Positions 1 through 11,233 of a DNA stretch of 64,000 bases are shown piece by piece. A model generated the notes under the pieces. The model ran no database searches. It saw only the letters and a list, made by a program, of their open reading frames with translations, and had not been told where the DNA came from. The number at the start of each line of letters is the position of its first letter. Position 1 is the first letter of the stretch. A program made the translations under genes and the position numbers. The stretch spans positions 310,001 through 374,000 of the forward strand of contig OZ025800.1 in assembly GCA_964019425.1 (NCBI GenBank). The letters are read 5' to 3'. The DNA comes from Flectonema sp. DT1601. Taxonomy: Eukaryota.

Positions 1-15
1 CAGTTCAGCGACCAT
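1..15 (-). CDS. Possible start (MVAEL...) of a gene running off the left edge
   Basis: ATG at 15..13 is preceded by the A-rich leader (AAAAAAAATAACATCACC) seen before other starts here. Only 5 codons are visible. Confidence 0.25.
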
Positions 16-831
16 GGTGATGTTATTTTTTTTTTCTTTTTTTTTTCATAACATTAAAAGTGAAGTAAAGAAGGAGAGTCTACTGTCCTTCACAAACCGG
101 GTTATCGTAAGCTGACCCGTTAGACTTTTTGTTTGACAACAGGAGATGAAATACTTTGACTGTATGTTGATTATCGTAGAGGGGACCAAACCTCGAAAAA
201 CAAGAGTAGTTTAATAAAACAAGTATACCAACTCTTAGTTAGTATTAAAGGTTATCAGTCAAAAGAAGGGGAGAGGGCGGGAAAATTCAATCGAATGCAA
301 ACAGCTCTTAGTTAGCGAGTCCAACATACAATTGAGTACCGGTTAGATAGACGCGACAGGGTGGAACGGTTAACCACCTGTGAGTCCCCAATACTACAAC
401 ATTATGTCAAACCTATTCCCTCTTGGAGTGTTTAAGTTCTTAGAGGTAAAAAAACTTTTTTAAAAAAAAAAAAAATAAAAAAAATTGGAGTTGACTAATA
501 AAGGAAACGCGTGAATGAAAAAATAACAATCTTCAAAAAAAAAGATTAGAGAAGCAAAGAAAACTTGTCACAAACAATAAAAATAAAAATAGAAAGGATC
601 ATTATGTCCTAACTGATTGTATTCACCAAGAACACGACCACTGTTTTCAGTGACAACGATCTTGGAAATCATGTGCTGCTAACGATCAAAAGCCAACAAC
701 CAGTTGCGCAAGAAAAATACAAAACAGAGAGGCAAGGGGAAGGTAACGAGATGACATTGTATACCAGTAGATAATTGGTTTATTTAGACTTTAAAGTCAG
801 ATAAAGATAATAAGAAAAAACAAAAAGCAAA

Positions 832-2534
832 CTACTTCCGTACAGGTCTCTTCGGATTTCTCGTAAACTGGCTGTCAGAAGTATGAGTGACAACAAAAGA
901 TTCTTGGTGCTGAGTGATAGGTGTTTCTGAAGATGTAAACACTTCGCGAAGGTCTTGAAAATGCGGAATTCTTTTTGCAGAAATCCACTCCCTTGGTGTT
1001 TTTGTAATGTGGTATTTCCCATTGGGTAATAAAGTAACAAGACCAAGTGTTTCTAGTCGATTTAATCCACTAAAGTGATCAAAGTCGATATTCTTATTAT
1101 GTAAGTGATTCTTGAGGTAAACTTCTACCGTATCGTCGAGCTCACGTTCATCCAAGTCACCTAACTGCCACAAAAACCAATAAGTCAGAATAATTACTTT
1201 AAAATCTTGTTGTTTTGCTTCATCTACTAACTCGCTTACAACTGGCATATCCTGAGCAGCTTGCTTGCGTTCCACAAATTTTCTCACATCTTCAGCATTC
1301 TTCTTCTTCTGACCAGTGTATTTAATAAAAAGGCTGTATAAACTCTTCAGGATCCTCAACATTACACAGAAAGTTGAAAAGATTTTCCACATCTCAATCT
1401 CGTTATCGTTAAACCAAAATCCCAAAAAAGTTCCAACCAAACAATAAAAAGTAAACAAACAATTCGGAATGAAGAACAGATGATCTACTGGTTTTCGGTT
1501 CACTCTTTTATGTGGGAAAACAGCTTCAAGATCGCCAAACGCTATGTTTCTGTATAGAGTAATACAAAGTTCTGCATTGCTATTCTCTTTTGTAGGTGCA
1601 TTGCGGTAAACTGTACAGACGTGCGTGAAAGCCGGCTCAGCGATTGTGACATTTTGAAACAGCGTTGTAAAAAATCCATACTTCTCAACTATTTTTCTTA
1701 ATGATCTACGCTGAACCCAAATTGCGTTTTTATTCGTCTTACAATCAAGTGTTTGTGGAGTTTCTACAGGTTGTGAAACTGCCATCATCGTCAAGAAACA
1801 ATTTATCTTTTCCCACAAAAAGAAACCAGTTTTTTTAATATCTTGACGACCCCTGAGATAGACTCGCATGTGTTCTTGAAGACAATCGAATTCTTTTCCA
1901 GAATCACGTCGTTTCTCTTTAAAAGATGCATTGTGATGATACGCAAGTGGAGATGAGAAACAAGAAGACACTGATGAATCGTTTCTATGAAAGTGTTCTG
2001 TTTCGCCAATGTAAGTTTTGTCTAACCTGTCCCACATCACTTCAGTGACGTAATCGAACTCAAACACTGAATCAACAGCGTGACAGTAGCTGTACCTCCC
2101 AAGTGGTACGTATTGAGATGCTTCAAAGAGTGTTTTTAGATTCTTCCCAATCGCACGTAGAGTTGGCTTCAGATGCTTTTCTTCCGTTTCACCCATTCGT
2201 AAAATTTCCAATGAGGATCGAACTGAATTACCAAGTCTATCATAATTCATAGCGAGTATGTTGTTAATACTCTTTTCGAATTTTCTCCAATATTTTCGAT
2301 CAGTTTTCTTTTCCAGTCGACTCCATAAATCATCACAAATACCACTTGCAGACATCGTTAAACACTTTTCAGGTCTGCATGGAATGTTTTCAACATCGTC
2401 TTCAACAGATGGCCTGTAAAGCATCTTCTCAATTCGTTGCGACACAGGATTCAACATATCGCGTGTGTGTAGCTAATAATTGTTTTAAAAATATGTAACA
2501 GGTCCTCATTATATAAAAACAAACAACTCACCAT
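832..2534 (-). CDS. TMEM143/DUF3754-family membrane protein; first coding exon may be only the ATG
   Basis: 541-aa ORF with family-like motifs (VTIAEPAF..VYR, LYRNIAFGDLEAVFP, EAKQQDFK, IDFD...LNRLETLGLV) and two hydrophobic segments. Intron 2473-2531 (GTGAGT...TTATTAG) joins ATG 2534-2532 in frame, giving MLHTRDMLNP. Confidence 0.75.
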
Positions 2535-3018
2535 TGTTTACTACATTAATTGCGTGGTAAGGAACGATGTCTGTGTTTATGAGTGATGCAGCTGTAAACA
2601 AAAATACAATTAAATTCATAATAAACAATAATCAAAACAATGAAATGGTCGTACCATATGATGAGGTGGCCACACGTCTTTTTGTACCTTTTCGAGTTTT
2701 TTTTTTTTTTTTCATCTACCAACCAGTCAACTACCTTCGTATTATTATAACTTTCCTTAAGCTTAGTCGGAAAAAAGAATGAACAGCATAACGACAACCT
2801 ACTTCGCCAGTTAAAACAAAATAAAGAAACTATTTTATTGGTGATGGTCTGTCTTCTTACCTCTCAAGGATCAGAGAAACTAAATGTTACTTACTGGTCA
2901 AGGAATTAACTGCACAACCTTTCGAGAATCGCCTTAACAAGCAGCGCCTGGTCAAAGCCTTCGAAAGTCGTGAATGTACTCCTGTCGGGAATTCCACGCA
3001 GATGGATATTTCGGAGGC

Positions 3019-3531
3019 TTAAATTGGCGGACCGTTCAAGTCGAGAGCAATCTGAATGTGTCCCGCGTTGTTTCTTTTTTCTGACAACATAGATACCTGT
3101 TCTGGTTTGATATCGTATTCTTCAGCAATCTTTAAAACGTGTCGAGCGTACTCTGCTTCAGAAGTGTACAAGACTTTTGGTTTTGACCATGGGTACCAGC
3201 AACGGGTAAAATCATCAGTTGTGAAGTAAACAAACATTGGATTCTGTGGTGTTCCTCTCTTACCATTCTTATAAGGCTCAAATAACTCGTCGCGGAGAAA
3301 TCTTTCAGTGAGGTTACGGCAATCGATTCTCCTCTCTGTGTGGATAAGTTGTTTTTGTAATTCTCCTCTTATTCTGTTTTCTTCACCAAATAAGTTTTTT
3401 CTACCCCATAGCTCATCAGTAGACATATCACCCCAAAGGGTTGCTGACTGCATAGGATCAGTTCCCGTTTGATCTGCAAGAGTCCTCCAATCGACTCCTA
3501 CATATCCGGGAAAACTATGAATTATTCCCAT
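3019..3531 (-). CDS. Hypothetical protein (170 aa, or 155 aa if an in-frame 45-nt intron is removed)
   Basis: ATG-initiated ORF with protein-like composition. A GTATCT...ATTCAG segment encoding VSMLSEKRNNAGHIQ could be an in-frame intron. Confidence 0.6.
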   Translation of the reverse strand: MGIIHSFPGYVGVDWRTLADQTGTDPMQSATLWGDMSTDELWGRKNLFGEENRIRGELQKQLIHTERRIDCRNLTERFLRDELFEPYKNGKRGTPQNPMFVYFTTDDFTRCWYPWSKPKVLYTSEAEYARHVLKIAEEYDIKPEQVSMLSEKRNNAGHIQIALDLNGPPI

Positions 3532-3877
3532 TTTATATGAGTAGACTGCGTGTATGAATAGTTTAATATTTTTATAGTTATCAACATGTTAGTCTTCTCT
3601 CTCACGAGGCTCTGCTCACGATTGATTATCCGTATGTAAGAAAAGAAAAAATTTCTCCAGAATTCGAAAACAGAAAGGGGGGAAAAAATCCGTTGCTTAC
3701 TCCAAGAACAAAACAAAAAGAAAATAAAAAATAACAGTAACAGTAAGCGGAAAACATCACCGTCAGACTAGTATCTGTCAGTGTTTGAATTTTTTTTAAA
3801 AAAAAAAATGCAATAATTTGATGCTGGTTCACAAAATATGTGACTGCTATTACCAGATTGGATTATAAGTAATTTTG

Positions 3878-4843
3878 TTAGTCGTCACTCTCGTTGGAGG
3901 AGTCTTCGGAGAGACCGTGATCGAAGGCGCTACTTTTCTTCTTCTTTTTCTTCTTTGGTTGGACTGTATCGACCTGACTTGCTTCCTTAACTAAAGCATC
4001 TCTGCAGGCGCAGCAGATGTCGAAATCACAAATAGCGCAGCGGTGGACTTGTTGTTCGCATATTTCATCGCATTCGTCGCATGCATTCCAATCGAATCCG
4101 GTTTCATTTTTACCTAAACCTACTAATACAGATTGTAAGGGATGTCCTTCAAGGCAATATGAAATACCATGTTCGTGTTTCTTTTTTAAACCAGCTGATA
4201 AAGCCTTTAGGGTACCAGATACTCTCCTTGACGTTTCTTTAAGTTGATCTTCGAATCCTTCACGAACTTGCTGTTCTCGAAGCTCAGCCTTTTCCTTAGC
4301 ACTTAACTCCTTCGTTTCATACCCTCGCCTTGATCGTGAATCCCGATGAGCTTTAGCTGCGGCAATTGATCCAACAGCTAATCGAGTGAGTTCATCAGCA
4401 TTGTCCTCACCTTTTCCCCATAATTCAATTGCTTTCAGTTGACGTTGAATACCTACACGTGGGCCATTGAGCGTTCTGCAAGAATCAAAATTAGTCGTTT
4501 GCTGAGTAGAATTCTTTCCCTTCGCTCTTAAAATCTGTCCAAAACCACCCTTTCCTCCGATAGCTGAAATGGCAGCATAAAAGAGAGATTTTATATTTGC
4601 ATACGAGGTTGTGATGACGGGTTGGGTTAAGTTCGAGTCCCGGAATCGCAATGATTCGACCTCTGTCATCCCCAAAGATTTCATTGTTACATGTGAAAGC
4701 ACACAAAGAGAAGATCCTTGCGGCAAGTATGTCGAAAATATTTTCCCAGTGAGAAACCTGACATCAATCTTAACGCCTCTCGGCCAATAGTTTTTCGGCT
4801 GCTCTTGGGGTGAGCCCAATTCTGTGCAACTCTGCTGCTTCAT
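3878..4843 (-). CDS. SDE2: SDE2-like splicing/replication-stress factor: ubiquitin-like domain, GG|KGG cleavage site, C-terminal Cys/His zinc finger
   Basis: VKIDVRFLTGK aligns with ubiquitin MQIFVKTLTGK. IGGKGGFGQILRA...TTNFDSCRTLNG is the SDE2 signature. The tail contains CLEGH..CDEC..CAICDFDICCAC. First in-frame ATG is at 4843. Confidence 0.85.
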   Translation of the reverse strand: MKQQSCTELGSPQEQPKNYWPRGVKIDVRFLTGKIFSTYLPQGSSLCVLSHVTMKSLGMTEVESLRFRDSNLTQPVITTSYANIKSLFYAAISAIGGKGGFGQILRAKGKNSTQQTTNFDSCRTLNGPRVGIQRQLKAIELWGKGEDNADELTRLAVGSIAAAKAHRDSRSRRGYETKELSAKEKAELREQQVREGFEDQLKETSRRVSGTLKALSAGLKKKHEHGISYCLEGHPLQSVLVGLGKNETGFDWNACDECDEICEQQVHRCAICDFDICCACRDALVKEASQVDTVQPKKKKKKKSSAFDHGLSEDSSNESDD

Positions 4844-5290
4844 AACTTTGTAAGTATTTCTGTCCGGCAAAAACAATTGCGAATGAGATAACTGCCGTGA
4901 CAGCTGCCTGAGCAAAGTTTATTTTATTTAATCTTTTTTTTTCAATTCGAAGTTTATTAGAGTGGTACGATTTACCTTCGTGACTGGCTGTTAGGACTAC
5001 GCGGACACCACTAGATTTTTCTGTTTTAGTTGGTATTGGATGAACCTCTCACGGTAAGATAGAAAACAATATTACATACGTTCAAGAGTAGTAAACTTAG
5101 TTCTAACTGAAGAACCGTCGTGACCGTCTTCTGATCCGAGTGCTGAAAGTTTATTATTTGCAGACGATAATGTGATATCCCTATCCTCAATAACAACACT
5201 CCCTTTCTGTTGCTTTGGTTCAGATGTACAAAATCGCCTTGGCCTCAACAAGCAGCTGCTAGGCCCGGAACGGAGCACCAATCTACTAAT
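4770..5290 (-). CDS. Small single-TM, probably mitochondrial protein (not assembled by the ORF track; start unresolved)
   Basis: Intron 5021-5079 (GTATGT...CCAACTAAAACAG) joins the 5072-5281 frame to an open 251-nt exon: EQKSSGVRVVLTASHEGKSYHSNKLRIEKKRLNKINFAQAAVTAVISFAIVFAGQKYLQSYEAAELHRIGLTPRAAEKLLAERR*. The N-terminus RLVLRSGPSSCLLRPRRFC resembles a presequence, but this exon has no in-frame ATG. Confidence 0.6.
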
Positions 5291-6086
5291 AATTTTTAAT
5301 TCTTTTTTTTTTAATTCTCGTCCTGAAAAAAAAATTAGGGGAAAATATGAAGGTAACTAACATTTCACAAACATTATTATTTCCTTAAAAGCAATCTCTC
5401 TTCGACACATTCCATCTTCCTTTAAAGTTTGATGGAGTTAATTGAAAGGGACAGTCAGGGACTTGTCTCAGAAAACAGAAAAACAGGACAAAATAAAACA
5501 TTTCATCTAACACCGCAACCGGAGCAGTCTATGGTAAGTGTTTGGGAGCTATATGTTGTTTCATTTTTTTTTCTTTCTCTGTGGCATTCTCCGAAACCCG
5601 AAAGCAATTTTCCACACAAAACTGATAACAGCAGCCTCAACAGAAATCCTTTCGAAAAAATGAAAAGCCGAACACATGAGTGAGAGAGAGGTACCATAAG
5701 ATTACATTATGTAATGGTTAACAACTGTTTTCACTATCCAGGTTTCCTCAGCTATGCGTGGAAAGAAACGTGCACATCGGAATGTGAGCCTTCTTTAAAG
5801 AGGCTTTTTCACTTCCAAGAAGACATTGTTAAACACATCCAAATGCAGGATCAGAAGTAACCAGATTCTCAGAATAAAGGCGTCGCATTGCTCTACTTTC
5901 TGAATATGATTTCATGGGAAGGTACGTTGACCATCTGTTCTGTCGATTTCACAGAAACATCAGTAAAAAAAAAAAAAAAAAAAAAAAAGAAATCGAAGTA
6001 TAGGCTAAAACAAACATTTTCACACAAAAAACACGATTTCACACACACAACACGCGTCTATACAAAAAAAAACATGAAATATAACT

Positions 6087-9000
6087 TTAAGCTGACGATG
6101 TACTATTTATAGCAGGTCTAGTTGACTCTTCTATAAGCGTAATAAAAGGTTCCCACTGAGTACCAGTGTGCGTTGATAAACCAATTTCACATGTTGTTGA
6201 CGTAGAGTAGGATGGCAGGCCAACAGCGTCATCCGCGAGATTGTTAATAGCTGAAGCAGGAAGTTCTGGGAATCGTAATCCTCTATCACCAGCTGTACCA
6301 CAACAAGGTATACCAGAATCAACAACTGTTTCTGAACATAATGAGGCAAGGTGTTGGAACAGTGTTGTATTCTTTGATTTCTTTGAAGAACAAGGTACGT
6401 GAATAGCAATCGCATCCTTCGTAACAGTCCATTGAAACTTCTTACGATTTAAATATATAAACGAAATCGGATCGTACACCTCAATACCTACAACACGCCC
6501 TGCATCTCTCAACTGCTTAGCACAAGGTGAGTTTTCACAAACAATAGGAATCTTACCGTCTTGTGATAGTTCTTTTAGTTGTAAGATTAATTTTCCTTCA
6601 CAAGCATCAGCTGCTTGTTGGTAACCTTTACTATCGAACATCATACCACAACACATTGAGTTTGTATGTGGTAATGACTTTATACTGTAACCAGCTCTCT
6701 TTATAAGTTCAGTTATTGCAGTTGGAGTCTTGGTATCCATTATACGACAAACACATGAAGGGAAGAAGATTACTTCGCGGGTTTCACCATCAGATTCAGT
6801 GTTAGTAACATCAGATAACTTTATACTCTTAGCAGGTCCTGGTAAGTAAGGAGTGTACTGGGGGATTACACCATTAAGACCTGTTACAGAAGTAGCAAAC
6901 TGACTCAGTCTTGATACATTCTTCTTTCCGAGTACACAACTTGCTGCCTTAGCAGTTGCTAAGACTGCTCTCATAGAAGCTGCTGTTAGCGAGAAGTTAT
7001 TTGCCATCAGAAGAGACAGTTTTTCACTCTTGCTGCCTTCTTCTATTTCAGAAGCCCTGATATACTTCATCAGCTCTCCTGTGTTGATAGAGACTGGACA
7101 CTTTTCTTCACACATTCCGTCTGCAGCACAACTCTTTTCTGCAACATCAATGTACGACTTAACGAGTTCTGATGCCTTTATTTTATCATCAGGGTCTGAT
7201 GAAGCATGTAGACGTGCTATTTCCCTGTAAACTGTTATCCTTTGTCTTGGTGTTAGCGTTATATCTTTTGAAGGACAGTTGCTTTCACAAAAACCACATT
7301 CTATACATCTATCTATGATAGTATTTGCTGCTGGCATAACTTTTAAATTCTTTTTGTGAATGTTGCAGTCCTCGTTCAGAAGAACTCCCGGGTTTAGTAA
7401 CATCTCAGGATCGAATAATCTTTTAACATCCCACATCATTGAGTAGGCTGCTGATCCCCATTCGAGTTCAACAAATGATGCGACGTTCCTACCTGTTCCA
7501 TGTTCTGCTTTAAGAGAACCTCTGTAACGAACTGCTACTATCTGTGCAAGAGATTCCATCATACTGTTGTATTGATCAAGTTCTTGTTGAGTTGAGAATC
7601 CTTGACTAAATAGTAGATGTAGATTACCATCTAATGCGTGACCAAAGATACAAGCATCATTATATCCGTGAGTTTTAAACATAGCGAGTAAGTCGATTGT
7701 CATATCAGCGAGGCTTTCAATTGGACATGCGACGTCCTCAATTAAAACAGAAGTACCAACACGACGAGATCCTCCAACTTTTGGTATTAATCCTCTTCTC
7801 ATATCCCAAAGAGATTCGTAGTCTTCCTTCTCAGTGTGAAATGTTATTTTCCCATCAAGTGTTTTTGCTCCATTCTCAAGTAACATTTCAGAAATATGTT
7901 TAATGTCGGAGGTCAATTCCGCTTCTGTTGTACTTCTGACTTCGAGGAGAATACCTGCACAGCTTTCATCACAATTTTCAACAGCGGGAACTAACTTTAA
8001 AAATTTATCACTCTTCTCACCTTCTCTAAGAGAGGCACGATCAAATAGTTCTGCTGCAGATACAGCACTTTGTTTAGTTTTTAAGATTATAGCCACTTCA
8101 CATGCGGCATACTGGGAGTCGAACATGAGAAAAGCAGAAGCCTTTTGGGGATACTCAGGTACAGTTGTGTATGTTGCTGAACAAACGAAGGCAAGAGTAC
8201 CTTCACTTCCAATAATGATGTGTTTTAATATCTGAAGTGGATCATCGTAGTCGACGAATGCATTTATCGCGTATCCGGTCGTGCATTTTATTTTGAATTT
8301 CCGTTCTATGGTTTCTTTTAATAATTTATTTTCCTTTATTGTAGATCTTATCTCAGATATACCAGAGAGTAGATCTCTGTGTGTTACTTTAAAAGAGTTT
8401 ACAGAGTCTTGACATGAGGTGTCGAGACGAGTTCCGTCTGCCATAATCAGTTCCAGGTCTTGTATCGTGTTGTAAGTATTCTTTGCGACACCGCAACACA
8501 TTCCTGATGAGTTATTGTTTACGATTCCTCCTATCATACAGGAGTCAATCGATGCTGGGTCTGGACCTAATTTCTTTTGCATTATGTTGTGTTTTTTACA
8601 ATACTTTTGAAGAATGGTATTTACCTCACCTCCAATCAGTCCGGGACCTACTTTTATTGTCGAGGCGTCGTCTGATATTTTATACGATCTCCAGTTCTTA
8701 CCAGTGTGTGATATTTTTACTAAAATTGAGTCAGTGACTGCCTGTCCCGACAATGATGTACCAGCTGCTCTGAACGTCACTGGTGTTTCGCATTTTCTTG
8801 CATGTCTTAGAATAATTCTAACTTCGTCTTCAGAATTCGCCTTTACTACTACTTTAGGAATCATTCGATAGAATGAAGCATCAGTTCCATAGGCAAACGT
8901 TCTAATCTCATCAGTGTATATCCGTGATGTACTAATCCCGTCACGTTTTATTAAATTTATGAACTGTTTGTATCTGCCGTCTTCGATTCGATGACCATCT

Positions 9001-9158
9001 TTGTTTTCAAATATTACTTTACCGGGTGGTTTTATTGGTTTGTTACCATAAACACAATCAGCTACTGTTAAGATTGGTTCTGAGGATGGTGTTGCTGCAG
9101 CTTTTGATGATGACCATCTTCGGAAAACGTTTCTTGCTTGCGTTCGAATGAGTCTCAT
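6087..9158 (-). CDS. Mitochondrial FAD-linked, 4Fe-4S-containing D-lactate/glycolate dehydrogenase (fused single-chain type)
   Basis: Arg/Ser-rich presequence; FAD-binding motifs FRAAGTSLSGQ and GPDPAS; GHALDGNLH and GSLKAEHGTGR; ferredoxin motifs CIECGFCESNCP and CAADGMCEEKCP; two CCG domains; intronless. Confidence 0.9.
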   Translation of the reverse strand: MRLIRTQARNVFRRWSSSKAAATPSSEPILTVADCVYGNKPIKPPGKVIFENKDGHRIEDGRYKQFINLIKRDGISTSRIYTDEIRTFAYGTDASFYRMIPKVVVKANSEDEVRIILRHARKCETPVTFRAAGTSLSGQAVTDSILVKISHTGKNWRSYKISDDASTIKVGPGLIGGEVNTILQKYCKKHNIMQKKLGPDPASIDSCMIGGIVNNNSSGMCCGVAKNTYNTIQDLELIMADGTRLDTSCQDSVNSFKVTHRDLLSGISEIRSTIKENKLLKETIERKFKIKCTTGYAINAFVDYDDPLQILKHIIIGSEGTLAFVCSATYTTVPEYPQKASAFLMFDSQYAACEVAIILKTKQSAVSAAELFDRASLREGEKSDKFLKLVPAVENCDESCAGILLEVRSTTEAELTSDIKHISEMLLENGAKTLDGKITFHTEKEDYESLWDMRRGLIPKVGGSRRVGTSVLIEDVACPIESLADMTIDLLAMFKTHGYNDACIFGHALDGNLHLLFSQGFSTQQELDQYNSMMESLAQIVAVRYRGSLKAEHGTGRNVASFVELEWGSAAYSMMWDVKRLFDPEMLLNPGVLLNEDCNIHKKNLKVMPAANTIIDRCIECGFCESNCPSKDITLTPRQRITVYREIARLHASSDPDDKIKASELVKSYIDVAEKSCAADGMCEEKCPVSINTGELMKYIRASEIEEGSKSEKLSLLMANNFSLTAASMRAVLATAKAASCVLGKKNVSRLSQFATSVTGLNGVIPQYTPYLPGPAKSIKLSDVTNTESDGETREVIFFPSCVCRIMDTKTPTAITELIKRAGYSIKSLPHTNSMCCGMMFDSKGYQQAADACEGKLILQLKELSQDGKIPIVCENSPCAKQLRDAGRVVGIEVYDPISFIYLNRKKFQWTVTKDAIAIHVPCSSKKSKNTTLFQHLASLCSETVVDSGIPCCGTAGDRGLRFPELPASAINNLADDAVGLPSYSTSTTCEIGLSTHTGTQWEPFITLIEESTRPAINSTSSA

Positions 9159-9601
9159 AGTGAGATTATTTTCTGTTTTAAGAAATAAATATTGTAGTGT
9201 CCACTAAACAGTTTTTTCTCCTTATAAAGGTTTTTTAGAAATCTAATAAAATACCTCAAAAAGGGGGTTGGTTGGTGATCTACTATAACAATAAAAGAGT
9301 ACTTTAAAAAAAAAATAAAAAAGGGAAAATGTCGGAGGGGGGAGACTATAAGTTTGTAACAATCTAAACATAAACTTAAAAAAAAAAAAAATACTTTCAC
9401 TCTTTTTTTTTTTTTTTTTTTAGTGTGTGTGAAGTAATAAATTAAATGATAAAACAGTGTTATCTTGACCACTCTATAAACACTAATATAACAATTTCCA
9501 GAAAATCGTTTTTTTTTTTTTTTCTTCGGATAATGACACAAAAACGACAGTTGATGACCTGAAAGACTGCCACAAGAGTACATAAACGAAAATAATAAAT
9601 A

Positions 9602-11233
9602 TTAATTCTGTCTAATAGTAACTCGAGGTTGTTGAGGAAGGTATGATCTCAGCAATTGTATTCTGTCCATTAATTTTTGGACTTTTTTATCTTCCGAAGG
9701 AGGAGGAGTTGGCGGACTGTAAATCGAACGCATATCACTCTGAGAAGGAGCTGATTGTTGATTTAACATAACATCACTACACCTCTCTGGATACACTGCT
9801 GTCATTGAAGCAACTGGCTGAATTAAAACTTGTTCTGGATTAGCAGGTCGTACTCCTGGACCATATAATCCACTTGTGAATAAATTACTTTTAGAGGGGT
9901 AGCTTATCGCCTTTGTAACCGCAGCTGTACTTACACTAACAGGATCACTGTTTACGTTGTTTATAATATTCATCTTCGAAGGGTTTAATGACGACAACGC
10001 TGATCGATAAACACTCGGAACTGCTTTTAGAGTTGGAGGAGTTACACTTTCAGATTTCCCATGACTTCTATAACAAGGTGATAGGCTTGGTGATGAAAAC
10101 CCAGTTCCCAATGTCGCACTACTATATAAGTGTGGAAAAGATTCAACTATTTTCTCAGGTGAATGCGATTGTCGTGTCACATCATATTTAATACTGTTCT
10201 TACCATCACGAGTAATATTATTATACGATAGTTTACCAAGCAGTGTACTTGGTAAAGAATGAGTAGCCTGACTACCACTACTAACAACACTTTTATGAGG
10301 CCATGGATAAGGCCAAGGTATTGCTGCTGGAACAGAGTCTGTATATGGAATAACTTCAGGTTCTGATAAACATCTTTGAGGTGATATTGAAAAAGGTTCC
10401 GACAGACCCGCATCACGAAGAGGAGACGATATCTGTTCTGGTTCTGGTTCTGGTTCTTGTTGCTCATTCAAAGGAGACAAGCCTGACTGTACTTGATGAG
10501 CAGCCTGAGTATCTCCTTCAGTGTAACTTTCACTTCTCGTAACAGGTGTCGAGTGGCGATAATTTAGATCTTTTGTCGATCTCGGATGTTGTGGAGGTAC
10601 TCCAACAGCTGTAAATTGTTGTCGCCTTCCAGAACCAGAGTTAGTTCGTCGTCTTTGATACACCTGCTGCTGAGGGCGCCCTTTCTTTGCTGCTGGTTTC
10701 GGAGGAAACCCTCCACCTCCCCTGAGGCTCCGCTCCCAAGAAACTCCTCCTCCCCCATCTTCGGCTTTCTTGCGTCGCTCAAGGATAGCATTGCGTCTCT
10801 CAGCGAGTTGGGTTTTGTCGCGCGGACGAGATTCCCTACTAGCAGTTCTACGGGGATATTTTTCCATCGGAGGCGGAGACACATTCCTTTGATGTGATGG
10901 AGCACTTGAACTCCTTCGTTGCATTTGACGTATTACAGATCGTAACTCCGTTGGTGATGTTCGGTGAGACTTCGCAACCTTAGATGACAACACATTCTGT
11001 TGATGTTTTTCTTGTTCTTGTTTCCTAATGGGGTTTGGTGTTATGTGTTGACCTCCACTTTCTCGTTTTTTGTAAGCTGAAAACACCTCGTCTAACTCTT
11101 CTTGAAAATTTTCAACTTCCACTTCCGCTGCTCGTTCTGCAAATTTATTTCTAATGCTCTCAACAGCCTTCTGTGTGTTCATCATGAATGCCTTGCGGCT
11201 TTGCGCGAGATCGAATTGTTGCTGTTGGTTCAT
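9602..11233 (-). CDS. Hypothetical largely disordered S/P/Q/R-rich protein
   Basis: 543-aa ATG ORF preceded by a U-rich ...TTTTTCAG site; no recognisable domain. Confidence 0.7.
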   Translation of the reverse strand: MNQQQQFDLAQSRKAFMMNTQKAVESIRNKFAERAAEVEVENFQEELDEVFSAYKKRESGGQHITPNPIRKQEQEKHQQNVLSSKVAKSHRTSPTELRSVIRQMQRRSSSAPSHQRNVSPPPMEKYPRRTASRESRPRDKTQLAERRNAILERRKKAEDGGGGVSWERSLRGGGGFPPKPAAKKGRPQQQVYQRRRTNSGSGRRQQFTAVGVPPQHPRSTKDLNYRHSTPVTRSESYTEGDTQAAHQVQSGLSPLNEQQEPEPEPEQISSPLRDAGLSEPFSISPQRCLSEPEVIPYTDSVPAAIPWPYPWPHKSVVSSGSQATHSLPSTLLGKLSYNNITRDGKNSIKYDVTRQSHSPEKIVESFPHLYSSATLGTGFSSPSLSPCYRSHGKSESVTPPTLKAVPSVYRSALSSLNPSKMNIINNVNSDPVSVSTAAVTKAISYPSKSNLFTSGLYGPGVRPANPEQVLIQPVASMTAVYPERCSDVMLNQQSAPSQSDMRSIYSPPTPPPSEDKKVQKLMDRIQLLRSYLPQQPRVTIRQN

